64,000 bases of DNA, taken from positions 112,293-176,292 of the forward strand of contig JADJDQ010000007.1 of NCBI GenBank assembly GCA_016702605.1. The letters are read 5' to 3'. The stretch comes from Candidatus Intricatilinea gracilis. GTDB taxonomy: Bacteria; Pseudomonadota; Gammaproteobacteria; Burkholderiales; Burkholderiaceae_C. Under the pieces are notes generated by a model. The model saw only the letters and a program-made list of their open reading frames with translations. It was not told the origin of the DNA and made no database searches. Each line of letters opens with the position of its first letter. Position 1 is the stretch's first letter. This document shows positions 13,492 to 22,687 of this stretch, piece after piece. Position numbers and translations under genes: made by a program.

Positions 13492-14193
13492 ATGACCACC
13501 ACCCCCTCGGGCCTGCAGTACGAAGACATCACCGCCGGCTCCGGCGCCGAAGCCCAGTCCGGCGCCCACGTGACGGTGCACTACACCGGCTGGCTGCACG
13601 ATGCGAAGGCCGCCAACCAGCGCGGCAGCAAGTTCGATTCGAGCAAGGACCGCGGCGACCCCTTCGTCTTCGAACTCGATGCCGGCAACGTCATCCAGGG
13701 CTGGGACGAAGGTGTGCAGGGCATGAAGGTGGGCGGCACCCGTGTGCTGACGATCCCGTCGGAGCTGGGTTACGGCGCGCGTGGCGCCGGTGGCGTGATC
13801 CCGCCCAATGCCACCCTGGTGTTCGAGGTCGACCTGCTCGCCGTGGCCGCTGCGCCCACCCTCGCGTTCGACGACATCGTGGTCGGCAGCGGCCCCGAGG
13901 CCAAGGCCGGCCAGCGCGTGACGGTGCACTACACCGGCTGGTTGTTCGACGCCAGCGCCGCCGGCAACCGCGGCCGCAAGTTCGATTCGAGCAAGGACCG
14001 CCGTGACCCCTTCAAGTTCGCCCTCGGCGCCGGTCAGGTCATCCAGGGCTGGGACAAGGGTGTGCAAGGCATGAAGGTCGGCGGCACCCGCGTGCTCACC
14101 ATCCCGCCCGAACTCGGCTACGGCGCGCGCGGGGCAGGTGGTGTGATACCGCCCAACGCCACGCTGGTGTTCGAGGTCGAACTGCTCGGCGTC
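13492..14193 (+). repeat. intragenic tandem duplication, two units of about 350 nt (13492-13845 and 13846-14193)
   Basis: Long near-identical nucleotide blocks recur with a ~350-nt offset, for example gtgacggtgcactacaccggctgg, aagttcgattcgagcaaggaccg and gtcatccagggctgggac. Most differences are at third codon positions. Confidence 0.9.
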
Positions 14194-14196
14194 TGA
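13492..14196 (+). CDS. FKBP-type peptidyl-prolyl cis-trans isomerase with two tandem FKBP domains
   Basis: Residues 1-118 and 119-234 are each a complete FKBP domain (VTVHYTGWL...[63 protein letters not shown]). Confidence 0.92.
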   Translation: MTTTPSGLQYEDITAGSGAEAQSGAHVTVHYTGWLHDAKAANQRGSKFDSSKDRGDPFVFELDAGNVIQGWDEGVQGMKVGGTRVLTIPSELGYGARGAGGVIPPNATLVFEVDLLAVAAAPTLAFDDIVVGSGPEAKAGQRVTVHYTGWLFDASAAGNRGRKFDSSKDRRDPFKFALGAGQVIQGWDKGVQGMKVGGTRVLTIPPELGYGARGAGGVIPPNATLVFEVELLGV

Positions 14197-14261
14197 GGCA
14201 TGCGGGTCGTGCTGCGCCGGGCGCCAAGCTCCAGGGTCACCTTCGCCGGGACCACACAGCG

Positions 14262-15692
14262 ATGAACATCATCATCATCGGCGCGGGACGCGTTGGCGAG
14301 AGTGTTGCGGAGAGCCTGGCTTCGGAGCAGAACGACATCACGGTGATCGACACCGACCGGCATCGTCTGGCCTCGTTGCAGAACCGGATGGAGTTGCGCG
14401 GGGTGGTCGGCAACGGCATCGAGCCTTCGGTGCTGAAGGAGGCAGGTGCGGAGGATGCCGACATGCTGATCTCGTGTGCATCGCTCGACGAGACGAACCT
14501 GGTGGCGTGCAAGATCGCCCATGCCCTGTTCAACATCCAGACCCGCATCGCGCGGGTGCGCAGTGCCGAGTTCGCCGATCGCAGCCCGCTCATGGGTCTG
14601 CAGGGTTTCGCGGTCGACGAAGTCATCTGCCCCGAAGAGAGTCTGACCACCTACATCCGCAAGCTCATCGAATATCCGGAGGCCCTGCAGGTACTCGAGT
14701 TCTCGCAGCAGCGCGTGAGCCTGATCGGCGTGCGGGCGGTCGAAGGTGGTGCGATGGTGCGGCGCTCCATCTCGGAGTTGCCGCAGGTGGCCTCCGATCT
14801 GCCGATGCGTATCGTCGGCATCTATCGACCCGACAACCTCGGCACGGATCGGCAGGTGCTGTGCGACGGCGACACCCGCATCGAGGCCGGTGACGAGGTC
14901 TTCGTGGTTGCTGCCAACGAGCACATCCGGCGAGTGCTCGATGCCTTGCGCCGCCGCGACGAACCGGTGCGCCGCGTGATGATCGCTGGTGGCGGCCGGG
15001 TCGGCCTGCGCCTGGCCCGCCACATTTCGCGCGATTGCGAGGTGAAGATCATCGAGGCGAACCCGGCTCGCTGCGAGTACCTGTCGACGCAATTGACCAG
15101 TGACACGCTCGTCCTGCAGGGCGACACCACCGATGAGGACCTGCTCGAAGACGAGAACGTACGCGAGACCGACCTCTTCCTCGCGCTGACCAACGAGGAC
15201 GAAGACAACATCATGGCCTGCCTGCTGGCCAAGCGCATGGGGGCGCGCCGGGTGCTGGCGCTCATCAATCGGCGGGCCTACGCGGATCTGGTGCAAGGTC
15301 AAGGGACCCAGATCGACATCGCCATCTCGCCCTCGCAGGCCGTCATCGGCGAGCTTCTCGCCCATGTGCGGCGCGGCGATGTTGCTGCCGTCCACAGCCT
15401 GCGCCGGGGTGCGGCCGAAGTGCTCGAAGCGGTGGCGCGAGGCGACCGCAAGAGCTCCCGTGTGGTCGGTCGGCGCATCGACGAACTGCCACTTCCCGCA
15501 GGCACCCAGATCGGAGCCATCGTCCGAGATGTGCACGTGCCAGGTGATGAGGCCATCGCCAAGGAGGTCATCATTCCTCACCACGACACGGTGATCCAGG
15601 CTGACGATCACGTTGTCGTCTTCGTGCCGCGCAAGCGCCTGGTGCGACAGGTCGAGAAACTCTTTCAGGTCGGCGCGAGTTTCTTCGGATGA
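14262..15692 (+). CDS. trkA: Trk potassium uptake system NAD-binding protein TrkA
   Basis: Two RCK/Rossmann modules (MNIIIIGAGRVG..., RVMIAGGGRVG...), 476 aa. Its stop overlaps the trkH start (ATGA). Confidence 0.93.
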   Translation: MNIIIIGAGRVGESVAESLASEQNDITVIDTDRHRLASLQNRMELRGVVGNGIEPSVLKEAGAEDADMLISCASLDETNLVACKIAHALFNIQTRIARVRSAEFADRSPLMGLQGFAVDEVICPEESLTTYIRKLIEYPEALQVLEFSQQRVSLIGVRAVEGGAMVRRSISELPQVASDLPMRIVGIYRPDNLGTDRQVLCDGDTRIEAGDEVFVVAANEHIRRVLDALRRRDEPVRRVMIAGGGRVGLRLARHISRDCEVKIIEANPARCEYLSTQLTSDTLVLQGDTTDEDLLEDENVRETDLFLALTNEDEDNIMACLLAKRMGARRVLALINRRAYADLVQGQGTQIDIAISPSQAVIGELLAHVRRGDVAAVHSLRRGAAEVLEAVARGDRKSSRVVGRRIDELPLPAGTQIGAIVRDVHVPGDEAIAKEVIIPHHDTVIQADDHVVVFVPRKRLVRQVEKLFQVGASFFG

Positions 15693-17146
15693 ACGAACGC
15701 CTGGTTGTGGTCGCGCTGGTCGGGCGCGTCGTGGTGCTGTTCTCGCTGTTGATGTGCGTGCCGCTGGGTTTCGCGGTCTGGCATGAGGATCCGGCGCAGA
15801 TCGCCTTTGTCCAGTCGATCGCCTTCAGCGTGGCCCTGGGGTTGGCGATGACGCTGCCCATGAGGCGCCACAGGCGGGAATTGCAGTTGCGCGACGGTTT
15901 CATTCTCGTCGTGCTCACCTGGGTCGTGCTGCCGGCGATCGGCTCGCTGCCACTGTGGCTCGCGATCGAGGGTTTGTCCTTCACCGACGCGTACTTCGAA
16001 GCCATGTCGGGCTTCACGACCACCGGGGCGACCGTGCTGGTCCGTCTGGATGCCTTGCCCGTGTCGATCAACGTGTGGCGTTGTTTCATGTCCTTCATCG
16101 GAGGCCTGGGCATCGTGGTGCTTGCGGTGGCCATCCTTCCCCTGCTCGGGGTCGGTGGCACACAGATGTTCAAGGCCGAGTCGGCCGGCCCGATGAAGGA
16201 CACCAAACTCACGCCACGTATAGCCGAGACCGCGCGCGGACTGTGGGGTGTGTATTTCGGGGCCGCACTGATGTGTGTGCTGGTCTTCCGGATGGCAGGC
16301 ATGAGCTGGGACGACGCGTTCATGCACATGTGCACTACCGTGAGTGCGGGAGGGTTTTCGCCTTATGACGCCAGTTTTGCGCACTGGAATTCGCCACTGA
16401 TCGAAGCCGCGGCGATCGTCTTCATGCTCGCGGCCGGTGTGAGCTGGGCGCTCTACTTCGTGGCATTGCGACAACGCTCGCTGAACGCGTTGTGGTCCAG
16501 CATTGAACTGCGTGCCTACCTGCTCGTCGTGCTGGCGACGGTTGTGGTCGTGACGATCTATCTTGACGTGAACGAGGTGTACCCGGATCTCGTCACGTCC
16601 TTGCGGCAAGCTGCCTTCCACGTGGTGTCGATCGCCACCACGACCGGGTTTGCCAATACCGACTACGGCCAGTGGCCTGCCTTCGTGCCGTGGTTGATGC
16701 TGCTGGTGGGATGTTTCGCCACCTGTGCCGGATCGACCGGCGGCGGCGTCAAGATGGTCCGCATGCTGCTGTTGCTCAAGCAGTCGCGCCGTGAACTGGT
16801 CCGTATCGCGCACCCCAACGTCGTCAACCCGGTCGTGCTGGCGGGGGCGCTGGTGCCGCCGCGGGTGATGCAAAGCGTGATCGCCTTCATGATGATGTAC
16901 GGCGCCACCCTGGTGAGCCTGACCATGCTGCTGCTGTTCAGCGGGCTCGACGTGGTGACCGCATTCACCGCGCTCGTCGCCTGCCTGAACAACATCGGAC
17001 CTGGGCTGGGCACGGTCGGCCCTGCGGGCAACTTCCAGGCGCTCAGCGACTTCCAGACCTGGGTCTGCACGGCGGCGATGTTGCTCGGTCGACTCGAACT
17101 GTTGTCGGTGCTGGTCCTGTTCACGCCGCAGTTCTGGCGCCGCTGA
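15689..17146 (+). CDS. trkH: Trk potassium uptake system membrane protein TrkH
   Basis: 485-aa polytopic membrane protein with TrkH selectivity-filter-like MSGFTTTGAT / ATTTGFA / CAGSTGGG motifs. It is translationally coupled to trkA. Confidence 0.93.
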   Translation: MNERLVVVALVGRVVVLFSLLMCVPLGFAVWHEDPAQIAFVQSIAFSVALGLAMTLPMRRHRRELQLRDGFILVVLTWVVLPAIGSLPLWLAIEGLSFTDAYFEAMSGFTTTGATVLVRLDALPVSINVWRCFMSFIGGLGIVVLAVAILPLLGVGGTQMFKAESAGPMKDTKLTPRIAETARGLWGVYFGAALMCVLVFRMAGMSWDDAFMHMCTTVSAGGFSPYDASFAHWNSPLIEAAAIVFMLAAGVSWALYFVALRQRSLNALWSSIELRAYLLVVLATVVVVTIYLDVNEVYPDLVTSLRQAAFHVVSIATTTGFANTDYGQWPAFVPWLMLLVGCFATCAGSTGGGVKMVRMLLLLKQSRRELVRIAHPNVVNPVVLAGALVPPRVMQSVIAFMMMYGATLVSLTMLLLFSGLDVVTAFTALVACLNNIGPGLGTVGPAGNFQALSDFQTWVCTAAMLLGRLELLSVLVLFTPQFWRR

Positions 17147-17261
17147 GCCGTCGCTTCGATCGCCCTTAGCCGCGGCGGGGTGGCAAGGGGAGGGGTTGGT
17201 CTGCGGGATGGTTCGTGCACCCCGACCCCGCCGGCCCGGGGCGTCGCTGTGTCCGAGTCGC

Positions 17262-18416
17262 TCAGCCCAGCGGTTCGAACAGCAGGCCGCACATGCTGGC
17301 CGAGTACTGAGGCAGCCCGACGGCCAGCACCTCGGGCGCAGCACCGATGAGTTGCCAGCGCGACTGTTCCTCGCGCATGCGGTCACTGTCTTGCACTCGG
17401 GCGCAATGGGAACGCAGCGCGGCGATGTGACGGGCGTCTTCAGCGCATACCGGGCGCTGTTCCATCAGTGCGAAAAGGCGTTCGATCAGCTTGCGGGCTG
17501 GCAGCCACTGGTGGTTGAACGGATCCCACAGCGACGCACTCAGGCCATCGCGACAGGCGAGGAAACGGCTCGCCCGATCGGCGCTTTCGGGGTGTGGCGT
17601 CTCGGCCAGGCGCAACGCGCCGTCCATGGCCAGCGCCGCACAGGCGCGCGCGAATGCCGCCAGGGCCACTGCCTTGTCGACCGACAGCGGCGTGTCGAAC
17701 ACACGTACCTCGACGGTACCGAACTCGGGTTTGGGTCGCACATCCCAGTAGATGTCCTTCAACGAGAAGGCGAGCTGCGTCGAAAACAGCTCCTCCACCA
17801 ACTCCTCGAACTCGGGCCAGCTTGCCGTCCGAGGCATGGGTCCGCCGTGCGGATACACCAGCGACTCGAGTGGCCGCGAGGCACAAAACCCGGTGTCGTG
17901 CAACTGCAGGAATGGCGAAGCCGCCGACATGGCGATGAACACTGGCACGAGTGCTTGCAGCACGGCCCCCAGTCGGAGCGCAGCGTCGCCATCGGGAACG
18001 CCGATGTGGACATGCATGCCGTAGGTCGAGAAGCGTTTTGGCAGGAAGCCGAATCGCCCCTCCAGTTCCTGCGCACGCGGTGTCGGCGACAGGATCCGGT
18101 CGTTCCAGAACTGGGTCAGTTGTGTGCCGCCGCCGCGTATGTCCAGGTGCAACGGGATGGCGGCATCACGCAGCAGTTGCACCAGCATGCGCACCTCGTC
18201 GGCCATGTCGTTGGCCTGCACATGCACGCCGGAGTTGATCTCCATGGTCGAGAGGGTTGCTTCGAGTGCAAAGTGGCCTGCCTGTTTGCCGCTCTGCAGC
18301 ACGGGCCATAGCGCCATGCTCGATGGCGACAACATGCCGGTTCGGGTGTCGACGATCTGAAGTTCGAGTTCCAGCCCGAAGGTCAGCGGGGTCGAGGGCT
18401 TGAAGATCAGGCTCAT
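17262..18416 (-). CDS. ybdK: carboxylate-amine ligase, YbdK / glutamate-cysteine ligase family 2
   Basis: MSLIFKPSTPLTFGLELELQIVD...MHVHIGVPDGD...SPF..., the GCS2 pattern. The start ATG overlaps the stop of the upstream C26 gene (ATGA). Confidence 0.85.
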   Translation of the reverse strand: MSLIFKPSTPLTFGLELELQIVDTRTGMLSPSSMALWPVLQSGKQAGHFALEATLSTMEINSGVHVQANDMADEVRMLVQLLRDAAIPLHLDIRGGGTQLTQFWNDRILSPTPRAQELEGRFGFLPKRFSTYGMHVHIGVPDGDAALRLGAVLQALVPVFIAMSAASPFLQLHDTGFCASRPLESLVYPHGGPMPRTASWPEFEELVEELFSTQLAFSLKDIYWDVRPKPEFGTVEVRVFDTPLSVDKAVALAAFARACAALAMDGALRLAETPHPESADRASRFLACRDGLSASLWDPFNHQWLPARKLIERLFALMEQRPVCAEDARHIAALRSHCARVQDSDRMREEQSRWQLIGAAPEVLAVGLPQYSASMCGLLFEPLG

Positions 18417-19219
18417 GTGTTCTTTCGCATGCGAACCGCGGTGAGAAAGTCTCGCAACAGGGGGGCGTCATCGAACAGGGCGACAGTTCCGTGCGAGTGG
18501 AATTCGGGGTGCCATTGCACCCCGGCCACGTAACTGTCGCCGCGGTACCGAATGGCCTCGATCACGCCGTCGGCCGGACTGCGCGCTTCTGCCGTGAAGT
18601 CGCTGGCAAGGCGTTTGATGCCCTGATGGTGGATGCTGTTGACCCGGGCGGTCGTTCGACCGGGGTAGAGTTCCGCCAGGCGGGTGCCGGGCAGGATCTC
18701 GAGGTCATGGTGGTTGTGCTCGTAGTGCGCTGTGTCGACGTGCTTGAGGACCTCGCCGGGATTTTGGGTCAGCAGGTCCTGCCACAGCGAGCCGCCATAC
18801 GTGACGTTGAGCAACTGCAGGCCTCGGCAGATGCCGAACACGGGCTTCTTCGCACGTACGAACGCCTGGACCAGTTCCATTTCGTAGCGGTCGCGCGTGG
18901 GGTCTCCTTCCCACTCGGGCCTGATGGGTGTCTCGCTGTACGAGTGCGGCGCCACATCGTTGCCGCCCTGTAGCACCAGGCCGTCGAGTGCGTCCACGTA
19001 GTGACCCAGATTGAGGTCTTCGCGCTTCATTGGGCTGGCTGAATCGACCGCAGGGATCATCACCGGCAAGGCGCCGCCCCGCATCAGCCAGTGCGCGACC
19101 GATTGTTCGAGGTAATGGAGTGTCCGCGTCCACACCCCGCCGAGGTCGAGCACGGGCAGTTCCGGGTAGTAGATGCGGGCAGATACGCCGATGAGCAGCG
19201 TAGGGCTTTGAAATGGCAT
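18413..19219 (-). CDS. gamma-glutamyl hydrolase, peptidase C26 / class I glutamine amidotransferase-like (PuuD family)
   Basis: Nucleophile elbow PVFGICRGLQLLNV, then VNSIHHQGI and GVQWHPE, as in gamma-glutamyl-GABA hydrolase-type enzymes. Confidence 0.85.
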   Translation of the reverse strand: MPFQSPTLLIGVSARIYYPELPVLDLGGVWTRTLHYLEQSVAHWLMRGGALPVMIPAVDSASPMKREDLNLGHYVDALDGLVLQGGNDVAPHSYSETPIRPEWEGDPTRDRYEMELVQAFVRAKKPVFGICRGLQLLNVTYGGSLWQDLLTQNPGEVLKHVDTAHYEHNHHDLEILPGTRLAELYPGRTTARVNSIHHQGIKRLASDFTAEARSPADGVIEAIRYRGDSYVAGVQWHPEFHSHGTVALFDDAPLLRDFLTAVRMRKNT

Positions 19220-19397
19220 TTTGCGGACCCCCTTTACATCAATGCGCCCGAAACCTCAGCAAGTACGTCTGAAGGCCCTCGGCGACGACAGGGCCTATCT
19301 TGCTGTGCAAGAACGTGGGACGCCGCGCGAGCGTACTCGCAAGTTCATGCGGCTGGTGGCCGGGCGCACCTGATCGCGTCGACGCCATGTCGTCGGA

Positions 19398-20300
19398 TCA
19401 ACCCCGTGACCATGCAAACAGGGGCAGATCGTGCTCTAGCGCCACGGCGGTGAGTTGCACGGCGCTTCGGCTGGCGCACCAGGCGCGGCTGGCTTCGATC
19501 TGGCCGGCGGCGTCGAGTTCGGGGCGGATGCCGGTGCAGGCCTGCCAGGCTTCCAGGAAGTGCGGCTCCAGGGCCGCGATGGCCACCATGCCGTCGGCGC
19601 AGGGCATGACCTGGTAGCCGGGGTGCAGGCCGCCGAGCAGGGCGCCTGGCGCAGTCAGTCGGTAGCGACGTGGCAGGGCGGCGAAGCGGGCAGCTTCGGC
19701 CAGGGCCACGGTGGTGTGCAGAGCCGCACCTGCCTGGCCGTTGCCACGCAGCAGCAGGCCTTGCAAGGTGGCCTCGACGGCCATGAGTGAACCGGCCATG
19801 TCGGCCCACAGGGTGGGCGGCAGGGCGCCGTCGATGAGGCCGGCTTCGGCCTGGTAGGTGAGGTCGTGGCCGGGCAACTCGTCGTCGGGCGCGTATTCAC
19901 CGACGATGGCCACCCAGACCAGGCGGGGCCAGTCGCGCGCGATACGGTCGCTGTCCAGCCCCAGGCGCGCCAGGGCCGAGGGGCGCGACGAGGTGAGCAA
20001 CACGTCGGCGCGGCCGAGTTCGCGCGCCAGTTCGTTGCGGCCACTTTCGCGTTTGAGGTCGATGGCGTGCACCGTCATGCCACGGTGCAGGTGGGCATAA
20101 AAGGCCGGCGCGTACAGCGACATCGGGTCGCCGCTGGGGGGTTCGACCTTGACACAGGCCGCACCCATGGCGGCCAGGCGCATCAGCGCGGCCGGGCCGG
20201 GCAGATTGGGGGCCAGGCTCACCACGCGCACACCGCGCAGGGCTTGCGGCGGGTGGGGGGCGCGGTGGGGAGTTGCGCTCGTCATGGCACTCAACCGCAA
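19398..20300 (-). CDS. CoA transferase, family III (CaiB/BaiF-like), short form
   Basis: GVRVVSLAPNLPGPAALMRLAAMGAACVKVEPP and GHDLTYQAEAGL (catalytic Asp region). At 300 aa it is shorter than the roughly 400 aa I expect for this family. It overlaps the stop of the upstream SDR gene by 10 nt. Confidence 0.7.
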   Translation of the reverse strand: MRLSAMTSATPHRAPHPPQALRGVRVVSLAPNLPGPAALMRLAAMGAACVKVEPPSGDPMSLYAPAFYAHLHRGMTVHAIDLKRESGRNELARELGRADVLLTSSRPSALARLGLDSDRIARDWPRLVWVAIVGEYAPDDELPGHDLTYQAEAGLIDGALPPTLWADMAGSLMAVEATLQGLLLRGNGQAGAALHTTVALAEAARFAALPRRYRLTAPGALLGGLHPGYQVMPCADGMVAIAALEPHFLEAWQACTGIRPELDAAGQIEASRAWCASRSAVQLTAVALEHDLPLFAWSRG

Positions 20301-21085
20301 GAGCGGCCGCCGCTCACGTCAATGACGGCGCCGGTGGAATAACTCGCCGCGTCCGACAGCAGCCAGGCCGCAGCTTCGGCCACCTCCTGCGCAGTGCCGG
20401 GACGCTGCACCGGAATGGTGGCGGCCAGTTGGCGGGCTCGGCCGGGCTGGCCGCCGCTGGCATGAATCTCGGTGTCGATGATGCCGGGGCGCACACCATT
20501 GACACGGACACCTTCGGTGGCCAGTTCTCGCGCCAGTCCGTAGGTGAAGGTATCGATGGCGCCTTTGCTGGCGGCGTAGTCCACGTATTGGCCCGCGCCA
20601 CCCAGGCGGGCTGCCACCGACGAAATGTTTACCACGGCGCCGCCGCGCCCGCGGTTGCTGCCCGGCGCGGCGCGACGGGTGCTCATGCGCAGCACCGCCT
20701 GACGCGTGGCGTAGAAGGTGCCGAACACGTTGATGGCGAACATGCGCTGCAGGCGTTCACCGGTCATGTCCTCGACTCGGCACGCCTTGTCGACCACACC
20801 GGCGTTGTTGATCAGCCCGGCCAGCACGCTGTGGCGACCCAGGCCGGCGTCGAGGATCTCGAACATGGCGATCACCGCCGCCTCGTCGGCCACGTCGGCT
20901 TGTACCGCCACGGCATGGCGGCCCAGCGCCTGCACTTGTTCGACCACCGACTGCGCCGCAGCGCCGTCCTGGGTGTAGTTCACCGCCACATCCCAGCCCT
21001 GGCGGGCACAGACCAGCGCACAGGCCGCGCCGATGCCCCGGCTGCCGCCGGTGATGAGGACGTAGCGTTTCTCGGGCATGGCCAT
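20291..21085 (-). CDS. SDR family oxidoreductase
   Basis: From ATG 21085 (MAMPEKRYVLITGGSRGIG): TGxxxGIG, NNAG, and S...YxxxK (YAASKGA). Confidence 0.88.
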   Translation of the reverse strand: MAMPEKRYVLITGGSRGIGAACALVCARQGWDVAVNYTQDGAAAQSVVEQVQALGRHAVAVQADVADEAAVIAMFEILDAGLGRHSVLAGLINNAGVVDKACRVEDMTGERLQRMFAINVFGTFYATRQAVLRMSTRRAAPGSNRGRGGAVVNISSVAARLGGAGQYVDYAASKGAIDTFTYGLARELATEGVRVNGVRPGIIDTEIHASGGQPGRARQLAATIPVQRPGTAQEVAEAAAWLLSDAASYSTGAVIDVSGGRSCG

Positions 21086-21384
21086 CGTTGCGAACCGTTC
21101 GGTGTGGGGGTGGACAAACTGGCTGAGTGGTGCGAGGCACGACACAGGTGCACGCGCCGCGGCGCGCAGTGTCGCGCAAAGCCGGCGCATCCCGGTGTCA
21201 CTGCACGCAAGCGGTGGATCAGGCTGATGACCCCCGGGCTGAGGCTGGCAATCGCCCTGGCCTCAATGGCCGACGAGTGGAATGGAATCTTGCGCTCATG
21301 CTTGGGCACTGGGACGGCGTGACGCCGGCCTTGGTGTGACCCCCGGTGCTGCGCCTCGGACTCGGGTTGGACGAATCCGGCCGC

Positions 21385-21705
21385 TCAGGCGCCAAACCTG
21401 TTGGGCTCCTTGCCCTGCTGGCACAGCCAGATGACAAGCACGATCCAGCCGACCAAGGGGATGAAACCGACCAGTTGCCACCAGCCGCTGCGGTCGGTGT
21501 CGTGCAGGCGCCTGGCAGTGACGGCGAAATAAGGCAGCAGCGTGGCCACGTTGAAGGCGGCGGCTAGTTTTGGGTTGACGATGCTCAGCGCCATCAGGGC
21601 GATGATGATGAACAGCGCCCACCACCAGAACTCGGCTCGTGTTGCCCGGCCGCTGAAGGTGGCGTATTTGCGAAAGCAGATCTGGATGGCGTCGCCGAAA
21701 TTCAC
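21385..21705 (-). CDS. DUF805 family inner membrane protein (YhaH-like)
   Basis: From GTG 21703-21705: (M)NFGDAIQICFRKYATFSGRATRAEFWWWALF...RRLHDTDRSGWW, the DUF805 signature. The longer track ORF 21385..22020 overlaps the GNAT gene. Confidence 0.8.
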   Translation of the reverse strand: MNFGDAIQICFRKYATFSGRATRAEFWWWALFIIIALMALSIVNPKLAAAFNVATLLPYFAVTARRLHDTDRSGWWQLVGFIPLVGWIVLVIWLCQQGKEPNRFGA

Positions 21706-21778
21706 GGTGATCCCTGTGGCTATGGCCGAGCCCGCACTGGCTGTGGCTGTGTGCCCATCGTACGACAGCGGCGGCGGG

Positions 21779-22408
21779 TCAATCCCCCAGCTTGATTCGC
21801 ACCACCGGCCGTTCGGGTTTGCGCCGTGCCACCTCGGTGAACCCGGCTGCGTCGAACATGCGTTTCGGGCCGAACCACAGGTCGTCGGGATGGGTCGGGC
21901 CGGTCGTGTCGACCGGGTAGGCTTCGAGCAGGGTGGCGCCTTGCTGCGCGGCCCAGGGCACGGCGGCATCGAGCAGGGCGCGGGCAATGCCCTGGCCGCG
22001 GTGTTCGGCCGGCACGACAAAACAGATGACCGACCACACCGGCAACTTGTCGACCGGCTTCATCACGGATGACCGCGCCAGCTTGGCGTAGTGCTCGCGC
22101 GGGCCGACCGCCAGCCAGCCGACCGGTGTGCCGCGTCGGCCGTCCGGGGCGCCGTCGCTGTTGCCGCCGGGGGCGCCCGGGTCGACGCGGTAGGCGATCA
22201 GGCCGGGCGGCGGGCCGGCGTCGACCACAGCCTTGAACTGCGCCTTGTTGACGTCGGCATGGCGTTGCCCTGGCGCCGCCTGCACCGGGCCGCTGCGCCG
22301 GTAACACATGCACCAGCAGCCGCGTGCCACCGAGCAGCCACGGGCGTTGAAGACGGCCTCGAGATCCGGCCAGCGGTCGGGCGTGAGCGGGTGGATGGTG
22401 AGTTGCAT
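21779..22408 (-). CDS. GNAT family N-acetyltransferase
   Basis: MQLTIHPLTPDRWPDLEAVF...GCWCMCYR... plus the acetyl-CoA loop HRGQGIARALL. The Cys-rich CWCM motif is typical of one GNAT subfamily. Confidence 0.8.
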   Translation of the reverse strand: MQLTIHPLTPDRWPDLEAVFNARGCSVARGCWCMCYRRSGPVQAAPGQRHADVNKAQFKAVVDAGPPPGLIAYRVDPGAPGGNSDGAPDGRRGTPVGWLAVGPREHYAKLARSSVMKPVDKLPVWSVICFVVPAEHRGQGIARALLDAAVPWAAQQGATLLEAYPVDTTGPTHPDDLWFGPKRMFDAAGFTEVARRKPERPVVRIKLGD

Positions 22409-22687
22409 GAGAGGTCTGGTCCTTCGTGGTGGCCGGCGCAACGCGGTGCCTCGGCTGTGGCATCGACTGCATCTGGCGCCCTGCCGGACGGCAAGACGGG
22501 AGGGTGGCGCGCCCCCGTCACGCTACGACGAAGCCGGCCGGTCTGGTCGACACCATTGGGGCAGGGCTTACCCGCGGCTACAGTGCGGTGATGTCGGCGG
22601 CATTTGCCGAACCTTCCAGCCAGGCGCAGCGTCCAGACGCCGCGGGCCGGGAGCCCACCAGACCAGTTCTTGCGAGGTTGCTGCACC

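Noticed and set aside
14118-17386. Very long minus-strand ORFs (14118..15611, 497 aa; 15665..17386, 573 aa) antisense to trkA and trkH
   Set aside because: These are typical high-GC shadow ORFs. Their translations are Arg/Gly/His/Asp-rich with no motifs, while the plus-strand frames encode textbook TrkA and TrkH.
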